64,000 bases of DNA, from the NCBI GenBank assembly GCA_005223125.1, contig NJBH01000008.1, positions 64,001 through 128,000 of the forward strand, written 5' to 3'. The notes under the pieces were generated by a model. That model was given only the letters and a program-made list of their open reading frames with translations. It was not told where the DNA came from and did not search any database. Numbering within the stretch: position 1 is the first letter of the stretch; each line of letters starts with the position of its first letter. Position numbers and translations under genes: made by a program. This DNA is from Promethearchaeota archaeon Loki_b32. GTDB taxonomy: Archaea; Asgardarchaeota; Lokiarchaeia; Sigyniarchaeales; SOKP01. Of the stretch, positions 38,939 to 47,627 are shown piece by piece.

Positions 38939-39691
38939 ATGATAAAAAACATCTTCATAATGAAAGGGAACACTGGTGAATTAATCTTCTATAAAACTTA
39001 TGAAGATATTTTTAACGTTAAGCTAACGAGCAGTTTCCTAAGTGCAATTTTCTCATTTGTAAAGCAAACATTAAAAACTGAAGCTTTATCTGAAATTGAA
39101 GTTGGACTTTTCAGATTTATTTTTGAGATTGAAAAAATAGGAAAGGATGAATTACTATTTGCTCTCTTTAGTGATCGTACAGATAATCTTGTTGAACTTA
39201 GAAATCAGTTGAGAGAAATTAAGAATCAGTTTATTAATAAGTATGATCTTACCTTACTCACTGATAACTTTGATGGAGAAATTTCAAAATTCTTTGAATT
39301 TGAAAAGAATATAGATGCTATTATGGAAAATCATGGCCAGCTAGTCTCAAATGAAATTAAAAAAGACCTTTTAAGTGTTTTTAATGAATTGCATACATTT
39401 TCTTCTTTTGTAGTATCATCTGCTCTATTAACACAGACAGGTAGGGTGATTGTATCCTCTTTAGAACCAAATATTTTATCTGAAATTATTAGACTTCTAG
39501 AAGGCAGATTTATATCTGGAAATTTTAGAGTAAATGAACTTATTTCCTTAGAAAATTTTGGTGTGCTTTCTTTAGTGGGAATTGATGAGCACTTTATATC
39601 AGTAATTCAATTCAAAAGTAATTGTCCATTCGAGACAGGATTGGTAATCTCAAAAAGATTTTCAAATAGGATACATAAATTAATTTGTTAA
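38939..39691 (+). CDS. Longin + roadblock/GAF-like two-domain protein
   Basis: Longin-like 'IFIM...G..IF...LTSSFLSAIFSF...FDG....F..F' followed by roadblock-like 'SALLTQTGRVIVSSL'. Confidence 0.7.
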   Translation: MIKNIFIMKGNTGELIFYKTYEDIFNVKLTSSFLSAIFSFVKQTLKTEALSEIEVGLFRFIFEIEKIGKDELLFALFSDRTDNLVELRNQLREIKNQFINKYDLTLLTDNFDGEISKFFEFEKNIDAIMENHGQLVSNEIKKDLLSVFNELHTFSSFVVSSALLTQTGRVIVSSLEPNILSEIIRLLEGRFISGNFRVNELISLENFGVLSLVGIDEHFISVIQFKSNCPFETGLVISKRFSNRIHKLIC

Positions 39692-39876
39692 ATTTAATGA
39701 TCCATTTTGGTCAGTAACTGATCATTATTATTCATTTCACAAAAAGATTTTTTAAAAAATGTAATATTTTGAATATCGTATATTCGTTTTCCAAAAATTA
39801 AAAAGCATATACACTTTTTCCCTAGTATAATTAATTATCTTATTAATATCAAATATTAAAAAGTGGGGTAAAATTT

Positions 39877-41160
39877 ATGCCAAAGTTTATGAATCAAGCT
39901 ATTAATGATGAAATACTCGATAAACTGAGCCTTAAAAATCGATATTCCTTTGTGAATAATAACTTAATGGCTTTACTTTCACCGGAGCAGTTCAATCACT
40001 TTAAAAAAGTTCAAAAATTCTGCATGAGGTTTGAGAAAAAGAATGAAATCACTCATGGTCCTGAAGAAGACGTATATGATTGGATTCCTACTTTCGGAGC
40101 TGAAGGTTATATCACAAGAGCGCATAACTTTGAGATGATCGATGTAGAATATGAAAATTATGGTGCTGTAGCGGATTTTCTTAGATATATTGCTATAGAT
40201 AATTTTGATCCTCAGTTTGCTATGGGTAGTGGAGCTACAGTTTTAGCTATAAATCCTATTTATGATCATCATGAAAACATTCCCGGTAGACTTGAAGCGC
40301 TAAAAGATTTGGTTACAGGTCAATCACCAGGATGTATTTGTATTACTGAGCCTGAAAGAGGCTCAGACGCCGTTCACCAATTAACCACCTGTGACGAACA
40401 GGAAGATGGAAGTTATATCTTAAATGGGGAGAAAATTTATAACACAAATGCTCCTAAATCCAAATGGGCTGTTGTATACGCCACCGCTGAAGCGAATAAT
40501 GGAAATTTAATGGCTCAATTTTTAGTTAATACCAATTGGGAAGGATGGAATTGCGAAAGAGTCGGAATACCTTACGTTGATAAGCTTTATCTTGGTCATG
40601 AATATTTAGAAAATTTAAGGGTACCAAAGGAATATATATTAGGACCTGTTGGTAAAGGGAGAGAACATCTTTTTGAAGGATTGGTTCCAGAAAGAATTGG
40701 GATTGCTTGCGGAGCTATATCACAATGCTGGGGTGCTGTATCTCATGCGGCTATTTATGCTAATATGAGAAGGCAATTTGATCAGGAAATATTGAAATTC
40801 CAAGGTGTTGGATTTCTTTTAACAGACCTCTGGGCAAAGACGACGAATTTAACCTTAGGTTTACTTAAATTTTGCGAAGAGTATGATAAGAAGATGGAAA
40901 AGTTCGAAGGTCATATCCCAGCTAACATTTCTAGAGCATTAGTTGCATCCGCAAGTCAATTTAAATATCATTGCACAAACCTTTCTAAAGAAATCTGTTA
41001 TGAAGCTGCCAATTTAATGGGTGGTGCAGGACTCTCTGATAACACATTAATGAACGATTATGTGAACATCTCTAGAATTCAAGAAATTGTCGGAGGTTCA
41101 AGACAAATTCAGCAATACATTATGTCAATGGCGTTAAGGCAGCTATTCAAAATGCTTTAG
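39877..41160 (+). CDS. Acyl-CoA dehydrogenase, paralog 1
   Basis: ITEPERGSD, LNGEKIYNTNA, RRQF...FQGV and MGGAG. Confidence 0.93.
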   Translation: MPKFMNQAINDEILDKLSLKNRYSFVNNNLMALLSPEQFNHFKKVQKFCMRFEKKNEITHGPEEDVYDWIPTFGAEGYITRAHNFEMIDVEYENYGAVADFLRYIAIDNFDPQFAMGSGATVLAINPIYDHHENIPGRLEALKDLVTGQSPGCICITEPERGSDAVHQLTTCDEQEDGSYILNGEKIYNTNAPKSKWAVVYATAEANNGNLMAQFLVNTNWEGWNCERVGIPYVDKLYLGHEYLENLRVPKEYILGPVGKGREHLFEGLVPERIGIACGAISQCWGAVSHAAIYANMRRQFDQEILKFQGVGFLLTDLWAKTTNLTLGLLKFCEEYDKKMEKFEGHIPANISRALVASASQFKYHCTNLSKEICYEAANLMGGAGLSDNTLMNDYVNISRIQEIVGGSRQIQQYIMSMALRQLFKML

Positions 41161-41325
41161 ATTTCGGTTGATTTTGCTAATTTTCAACACAAACTATTTT
41201 TTCTTTTTTTTTAATTTATAGAATTATTTTTTATTTTTCGATTTCAGGATAAAAATTTAGAATCTGTTTAATAATTATTCTATAAAACAAGAATTGTTTA
41301 TAATTAAAATTGGTTTTCTAATACT

Positions 41326-41790
41326 ATGAAAGAAAAAGATTCTCTAGTTATAAATTTTGGAGAGGCACATTCTGTTAACAGAGGTGTTCGTGTTTGTCTT
41401 AATGTAATAAAGCCTTGTTATAATCTTGGATGGTTTCCTTATAATAGCTTGACTTGGTCATTCTGTTATCGAGAGGAGATATCTAAATATATATGCGCTC
41501 TTTTCAATAGAGATTGTTCTGTATTTTATTTATCAGCTGAGTTGACAAAAAATTCTCCTTTAATCACAAAACCTCCAAAAGAATTAAAAGAAGATTTTCA
41601 GGATCCATTTTATAAAAAAACATTTTTTAGGAGAAGAAGGATTACTCCAAGAGGATACTCTAAACCATGTCATCAACTAGAGTTTTGCCCCTACAACTCT
41701 TTAACCGATGCTCTTTCACAGTCTAAAAAGATTACTGAATTTACTTGCAAGTTATTTAATAAAGAATGTCCTGTTAAATATCTTGGATAG
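41326..41790 (+). CDS. Hypothetical protein with two Cys-rich internal repeats
   Basis: KPC..L...PYNSLT...C.LFN..C.V.YL occurs twice. Confidence 0.7.
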   Translation: MKEKDSLVINFGEAHSVNRGVRVCLNVIKPCYNLGWFPYNSLTWSFCYREEISKYICALFNRDCSVFYLSAELTKNSPLITKPPKELKEDFQDPFYKKTFFRRRRITPRGYSKPCHQLEFCPYNSLTDALSQSKKITEFTCKLFNKECPVKYLG

Positions 41791-41932
41791 GATGATTCTG
41801 AGAAGGAATACCTCGAGACAGGAATAACTCCAATTTATTAAAATTTTTTAATCTATTTTCATCTACTTGTTTTTTTTAAGAAAGGAAAAAAAATATCAAA
41901 AAAGAAAGAAAATTAAAAAGTATTCTATTATT

Positions 41933-43231
41933 CTATGAAACAGACATCTTGTACAATGTTCTCAATGAAAGAGACATGATATATTGCTGTATCTGTCTCG
42001 AACCTCCTAATATTTCCTGAATCCGAGAAATATTTAAATAATCCTGCATTAATGTATTGTCACATAAGCCTGCCCCTCCCATAAGGTTAGCAGTTTCATA
42101 GCAAACTTCTTTTGAAAGTGCTGTAGCTTGATATTTAAATTGGCTTGCAGAAGCAACCATTGCTTGAGAAATATTACGAGGTATATCTCCTTCAAATTTC
42201 TTGAATTTCTCATCAAAACCCTCACAAAATTTAAGCAAACCAAAGGTTAGATTTGTTGTTTTTGCCCATAAATCTGCAAGTAAAAACCCTACACCTTGGA
42301 ATTTCAATATTTCCTGATTAAATTGCTTTCTCAAGTTTGCATAAATTACCGCATGAGATACAGCACCCCAACATTGGGCAATCGCTCCACAAGCAATCGC
42401 AATTCTTTCCGGGACAAGCCCTTCAAAAAGATGTTCTCTACCTTTTCCAACGGGTCCTAATATATATTCCTTTGGTACTTTTAGATTATTAAACTTCTCT
42501 CTACCTATAAATATTTTAGGAGTCCAAGGTACTCCAACTCGTTCGCAACTCCATCCTTCCCAATTGGTATTTATTAAGAATTGAGCCATCATATTTCCAT
42601 TATTCGCTTCAGCGGTAGCATAAGCGACAACCCATTTGGATTTTGGAGCATTTGTATTAAATATTTTCTCTCCATTTAAGAGATAACTTCCATCTTCCTG
42701 TTCCTCGCACGTGGTTAACATATGAACCGCATCTGAGCCTCTTTCAGGTTCAGTAATAAGAATTGCGCTTGGTGATTGACCTGTAACCAAATCTTTTAGC
42801 GCTTCAAGTCTAACTGGTATGTGTTCATGGTGATCATAAATAGGATTTATAGCTAAAACTGTAGCTCCACTACCCATAGCAAACTGTGTATCAAAATTAT
42901 CTATAGCAATATATCTAAGAAAATCTGCAGCTAATCCCCACTCAGGATAATCTAAATCAATCATTTCAAAAGTATGTTGTCGAGTGATGTATCCCTCTGC
43001 TCCAAATGCAGGAATCCAGTCATATATGTCTTCTTCAGGACCGTGAGTGATTTCATTTTTTTTCTCAAATCTTAGACAAAAACGCTGAACTTTCCGAAAA
43101 AAATTAAATTGTTGTTGAGATAATATTGGAGTCAAATTATTATTAACGAAAGAATATCGATTTTTAAGGCTCAATTTCTCAAGAATCTCATCATTTATTA
43201 CTTGGGTCTTAAATTTTTGCTTTTCTGCCAT
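41933..43231 (-). CDS. Acyl-CoA dehydrogenase, paralog 2
   Basis: Same motifs as paralog 1. Confidence 0.93.
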   Translation of the reverse strand: MAEKQKFKTQVINDEILEKLSLKNRYSFVNNNLTPILSQQQFNFFRKVQRFCLRFEKKNEITHGPEEDIYDWIPAFGAEGYITRQHTFEMIDLDYPEWGLAADFLRYIAIDNFDTQFAMGSGATVLAINPIYDHHEHIPVRLEALKDLVTGQSPSAILITEPERGSDAVHMLTTCEEQEDGSYLLNGEKIFNTNAPKSKWVVAYATAEANNGNMMAQFLINTNWEGWSCERVGVPWTPKIFIGREKFNNLKVPKEYILGPVGKGREHLFEGLVPERIAIACGAIAQCWGAVSHAVIYANLRKQFNQEILKFQGVGFLLADLWAKTTNLTFGLLKFCEGFDEKFKKFEGDIPRNISQAMVASASQFKYQATALSKEVCYETANLMGGAGLCDNTLMQDYLNISRIQEILGGSRQIQQYIMSLSLRTLYKMSVS

Positions 43232-43424
43232 ATTTATTCATCCCTTAATATATTTATTTTGATTTTAATTTTATAAAATAGAATTTCAAATTAATTATAA
43301 ATTTATAGTCCATAATAAGGTTCATCCAAATTCTTTAAATATTTTTATTTTCATTTGATTGAAAAATAAAATTAATATGAAATATATTATGAAAATACAA
43401 TAAAAACAAAGGAAGTATAAAAAA

Positions 43425-44711
43425 ATGGAAAAACGATTTGAAACTCAAGTTATAAATGATAAGATTTTAGAAAAATTAAATCTTGCCAACAGGTATAAAT
43501 ATCTCAATGAAAATCTATTTTCAATTCTTTCTGATGATCAATTTACCTTTTTAAAAGAAGTTCAAGGCTTTTGTTTAAAATTTGAAAAAGAGAATAGTAT
43601 AACACATGGACCAGATGAGGATATTTACGATTGGTATCCCTCCTTTGGGGATCAAGGATATATAACTCGTCAACATAATTTTGAATGCATTGATTTGAAT
43701 TATAAAGAATATGGAATGGCTATGGATTTTATGAGAATATTAGCAATGGATTTTTTTGATCCTCAATTTACTATGGGAAGTGGAGCTACTGTTATTTGCA
43801 TTAATCCTATCTATGAACATCATGAAAACATACCTATAAGATTAGAAGCTTTAGAGGAAATGGTGAGAGGAAAATCACCAGGATGTTTATTAATTACCGA
43901 ACCTGAGAGGGGTTCAGACACCGTTCACATGTTAACAACCTGTGAGGAGCAGGAAGATGGTAGTTTTATCTTAAATGGGGAGAAGATTTTTAATACCAAT
44001 GCGCCAAAGTCAAAATGGGCGGTCGCTTATGCTACAGCAGAAAAAAACAATGGCAATTTGATGGCTCACTTCTTAATAAATACCAATTGGGAAGGATGGA
44101 ATTGCAAACGAGTTGGAATACCATGGACTCCTAAATTATACCTGGGAAAAGAAAAATTAGAAAACTTGAAAGTTCCAAAGGAATATGTACTTGGTGGAAT
44201 AGGGAAAGGAAGGGAACACCTTTTTGAAGGCTTAGTACCTGAGAGAATTTCAATAGCAGTGAGAGGAGTAAGTGAGAGTTGGGGGGCATTAGCACATGCC
44301 ATTATCTATGCTAATTTGAGAAAACAATTTGATAAAGAAATCCTACTTTTCCAAGGAGTAGGGTTTACTTTGACAGATCTTTGGGCAAAAACCACAGCGC
44401 TTACTCATGGAATTTTAAAGTTCTGTGAAATCTATGATACCAAAATGGAAAAGTATGGAGGTAAGCTACCTGAAAACATATCACGTGCGATGGTTGCCTC
44501 AGGAAGTCAATATAAATATAATTGTGCTTTGTTATCTAAAAAAGTGTGTTATGAAGCAGCTAACCTCATGGGAGGAGCTGGTCTATGCGATAACACGTTG
44601 ATGCAAGACTATCTAAATATATCAAGAATTCAGGAAATTATTGGGGGATCTAGACAGATACAAAATTTCATTATGTCAAGAAACTTAAGAAATCAATTTA
44701 AGAATTTGTAA
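43425..44711 (+). CDS. Acyl-CoA dehydrogenase, paralog 3
   Basis: Same motifs as paralog 1. Confidence 0.93.
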   Translation: MEKRFETQVINDKILEKLNLANRYKYLNENLFSILSDDQFTFLKEVQGFCLKFEKENSITHGPDEDIYDWYPSFGDQGYITRQHNFECIDLNYKEYGMAMDFMRILAMDFFDPQFTMGSGATVICINPIYEHHENIPIRLEALEEMVRGKSPGCLLITEPERGSDTVHMLTTCEEQEDGSFILNGEKIFNTNAPKSKWAVAYATAEKNNGNLMAHFLINTNWEGWNCKRVGIPWTPKLYLGKEKLENLKVPKEYVLGGIGKGREHLFEGLVPERISIAVRGVSESWGALAHAIIYANLRKQFDKEILLFQGVGFTLTDLWAKTTALTHGILKFCEIYDTKMEKYGGKLPENISRAMVASGSQYKYNCALLSKKVCYEAANLMGGAGLCDNTLMQDYLNISRIQEIIGGSRQIQNFIMSRNLRNQFKNL

Positions 44712-44781
44712 GATTACATTAAAAAATTAGAAGAATTAAAAAGAATAAAACAAAATAAAAGATTTAAACTTGGATATAAGT

Positions 44782-44994
44782 TTATTCTTCTTCCTCTTCT
44801 GTTCCCATTAATTGTTCGACTTTATCCTCGAGGGCTTCAACTTTTTGTTCAAGTTCCTCGATTTTTTTTTTAGTCTCGCATGTTGCACATCCATCATCTT
44901 CGCCACATTGTGGGAGAGTATCACATACTTCTTGAAGTCCATCCATTTCTTCTAATAACTTATCAACTTCTTCTTGCAATTCATCAATACTCAA
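44782..44994 (-). CDS. Small acidic coiled-coil protein with a central 4-Cys loop
   Basis: Heptad helices flanking CDTLPQC...CATC; SD-like AAGGTG upstream. Confidence 0.65.
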   Translation of the reverse strand: MSIDELQEEVDKLLEEMDGLQEVCDTLPQCGEDDGCATCETKKKIEELEQKVEALEDKVEQLMGTEEEEE

Positions 44995-45116
44995 ATTTCA
45001 CACCTTAATTTTTTTAAGAAAATAAGGACATTATTATTTAATTTTTTTTGGTTTAAAAACTTAAATTAATACGAGACTATTATTTTAAATAATTTTCAAA
45101 ATTATTATAAGAAAAA

Positions 45117-46112
45117 ATGGGAGAACAAAAGAAATTTGAAGAATTAATTCAAAATTTAACTGATAAAAGTACCTTAAATCGAGCAGAATCAATTTCAAAT
45201 AATCTTGTAAGGTTTTTAATGATAGATAAAGAAATTGGCTTAATAAAAGCGGAGGTACAAGGGAATTCATTAATTCCCTATAAACTTGATGTTAATATTT
45301 CTCAGAAAAACTTATATGATGTTATTTATCATGATTGTCCAGATTATCTAGCCCGTAAGAAACCAAATAATAAATTTTGTAAGCATATTGTGAAATTTTT
45401 TTATCTTTTAAACAATAAAGATTCAGAGTTTGCTATATATTTACTAAATAAATTCAATTCTAAAATCTCTGAGCAAGCTCAACAGAAAAAAATTGATTAT
45501 CAAGATCTTAACCATTTTGTAAATGAAGATCTTAAAAACCAATTAGAGTTTGACTATAAGGGGTTTGATTTCTTTTTCGATATTTCTGAACTTGAAGATT
45601 CAGCGAGAGAAATCTTGAAATTAATTTTAAGAGAAGCAAAGAAATTGCCCGCAGCATTGAGAGGATATCATGGGGGGTATGAAGGAGGTTTATTTGATCA
45701 TATTTTACTGGTAACAAATTATACATATAACTTAGGTAAATCTAAAGAATATAATGTTGATATTAAAAAAGCAATTTTAACTGCTATTTACCATGATTTT
45801 GGAAAAATATCATATTATTCTTATAAAAAAAAGAAAATTGAATCAAAGATCATGGTATCGCGAGATGAATTGGACATAATACATGAAGATATTGTTAGAA
45901 AGTTCAAATATGAAGGGAGAGATTATCATGTTGAAGAAGCATTAGCAGTTCTTAAAAGAAACATCCACGTTTTGTTTTTTGATGATGAGATGTATCAAGC
46001 GATAATATTCCATCACGGTCAATGGAGCAAATATTATCCAATAGATATGAATGAACTGGCAACTTTAGTACATAGAGCAGATATGATCGCAAGCCAGACT
46101 CATTTTGTATAG
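45117..46112 (+). CDS. SWIM zinc finger + HD-domain hydrolase
   Basis: HDCPD...CKH; YHG.YEGGL.DH, HDFGK, HHG and ADM.AS. Confidence 0.82.
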   Translation: MGEQKKFEELIQNLTDKSTLNRAESISNNLVRFLMIDKEIGLIKAEVQGNSLIPYKLDVNISQKNLYDVIYHDCPDYLARKKPNNKFCKHIVKFFYLLNNKDSEFAIYLLNKFNSKISEQAQQKKIDYQDLNHFVNEDLKNQLEFDYKGFDFFFDISELEDSAREILKLILREAKKLPAALRGYHGGYEGGLFDHILLVTNYTYNLGKSKEYNVDIKKAILTAIYHDFGKISYYSYKKKKIESKIMVSRDELDIIHEDIVRKFKYEGRDYHVEEALAVLKRNIHVLFFDDEMYQAIIFHHGQWSKYYPIDMNELATLVHRADMIASQTHFV

Positions 46113-46152
46113 TCTTAACTCTTTAAAAAAGGAAGGAATAGTGAGAATCTAT

Positions 46153-46833
46153 TTAATGCTCTTGTGTTTCTTTTAGTGTCTCTAGAATTTCAGAAATTTC
46201 TTCTTTTTTGCGATATTTTTTGACTATTTTTTTATAACTTTTAACTGATTTTTTGATTAGTTCTAGAGTCTCTTTTGGTACATTTTCTTCAGGAATTTCA
46301 AGATCCTGTATCATAAAGTCTAAACCAACAGTTAATTTATAATTTTGTTCAAAACTTTTTTTTGTAAATGTTCTAATTAAGGATGATTTTCCTACAGCAG
46401 CAGCTCCAGCTAATAAAATCTTAAATCTGAAATGGTTAGAATCGACAATTTCTCCAAGCCGGGGTTTTAAATCTAACAATGCTGTAATAGCTAATCTATA
46501 AAAAAGTCTCTCTACGTTTTTATTTTCTAACGCAGATGTTTCTAAATATTCAAATAAGTAATATTGATTTACTTTTTGAATAATTTTTTTTCTTGGAATC
46601 GTCTCTCCTATGCTTTCTTTTAAATCAGTTTTATTTCCAACTAAAAAAATTGGTATATTACCAGATTGCTCTCGGAGTTCATTGAAATAATCATCAATTT
46701 CATCAAATGTATCAGGGCGACTTAAATCAAAAATCAGACCGACTGCAGCAATACCTTTAAAAAAATCGGTTTTAAAGAAGTTAAACCGTTCTTGTCCTCC
46801 AGTATCCCATAGTGATAAAGTAATTTTTAACAT
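46153..46833 (-). CDS. Circularly permuted Rab-like small GTPase
   Basis: Motif order WDTGGQE (G3), NKTD (G4), ETSA (G5), GAAAVGKS (G1), TVGLDF (G2); GAGGT SD upstream. Confidence 0.85.
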   Translation of the reverse strand: MLKITLSLWDTGGQERFNFFKTDFFKGIAAVGLIFDLSRPDTFDEIDDYFNELREQSGNIPIFLVGNKTDLKESIGETIPRKKIIQKVNQYYLFEYLETSALENKNVERLFYRLAITALLDLKPRLGEIVDSNHFRFKILLAGAAAVGKSSLIRTFTKKSFEQNYKLTVGLDFMIQDLEIPEENVPKETLELIKKSVKSYKKIVKKYRKKEEISEILETLKETQEH

Positions 46834-46859
46834 ATTTAGGTTCCTACCTCATTGATGTC

Positions 46860-47564
46860 TCATGATTCCCAAATAGCAATATATTCATCTAAAATTTTAT
46901 ATACATTATTAAATCCCATAACTTTATAAAATTCTTTAAGGCTTTTTTCATCAAGATTCCATTGTGATCTCATTTGAAAAGAATTAATACCATCGTTATC
47001 TAACAATAAAAAATCAATGATTTTCAATAAAGGTTTCGGCAAGTGTTTACCGAAAAATATAACAATTTTAAATAATTTATCACGAGCAGAGATTTCTTTT
47101 GGGTTTATTACATATGGCTCACATACAACAATTTTATTTGCAATCTTTTTAGCTATATTAATTAAATCAATATGTTTAGGGTAAATATGATGCAATATAT
47201 CACAAAGTACAATTACATCCTTCTTTTTCCCTTGATAATCTTGAAAATCAAAAATATTTTTATGACGCAAGATGATTTTGGTTAATTTTATATTTCTTTT
47301 TTTCAATTCTTTTTTTCTAATTCGTTTTAGAAAACGATGGTTAAGATCTGCTCCTTCATATTCTATTGCGGGATGCAAAAACCGCATTAGGTATCCTGTA
47401 CCGCATGGCAAATCTAAGACTTTCTTTGGCCCTTTACCTATAAAAGTTGCAATTGTGGAAAATTTTTTATCTTGATCATATAATCTACGAGTTACTGCGT
47501 TATAGAGCCACCCACTACGATACATTAAACTTCTAAAACCAGCAGTTTCTATTTTTAAAACCAT
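46860..47564 (-). CDS. Class I SAM-dependent methyltransferase
   Basis: VLDLPCGTG, GAD and DILHH. Confidence 0.85.
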   Translation of the reverse strand: MVLKIETAGFRSLMYRSGWLYNAVTRRLYDQDKKFSTIATFIGKGPKKVLDLPCGTGYLMRFLHPAIEYEGADLNHRFLKRIRKKELKKRNIKLTKIILRHKNIFDFQDYQGKKKDVIVLCDILHHIYPKHIDLINIAKKIANKIVVCEPYVINPKEISARDKLFKIVIFFGKHLPKPLLKIIDFLLLDNDGINSFQMRSQWNLDEKSLKEFYKVMGFNNVYKILDEYIAIWES

Positions 47565-47627
47565 CCTTAATATTACAATATTAACGTGAGATTTAAGTTT
47601 ATAATAAAAAAAAAGGAATTTTTAGAT

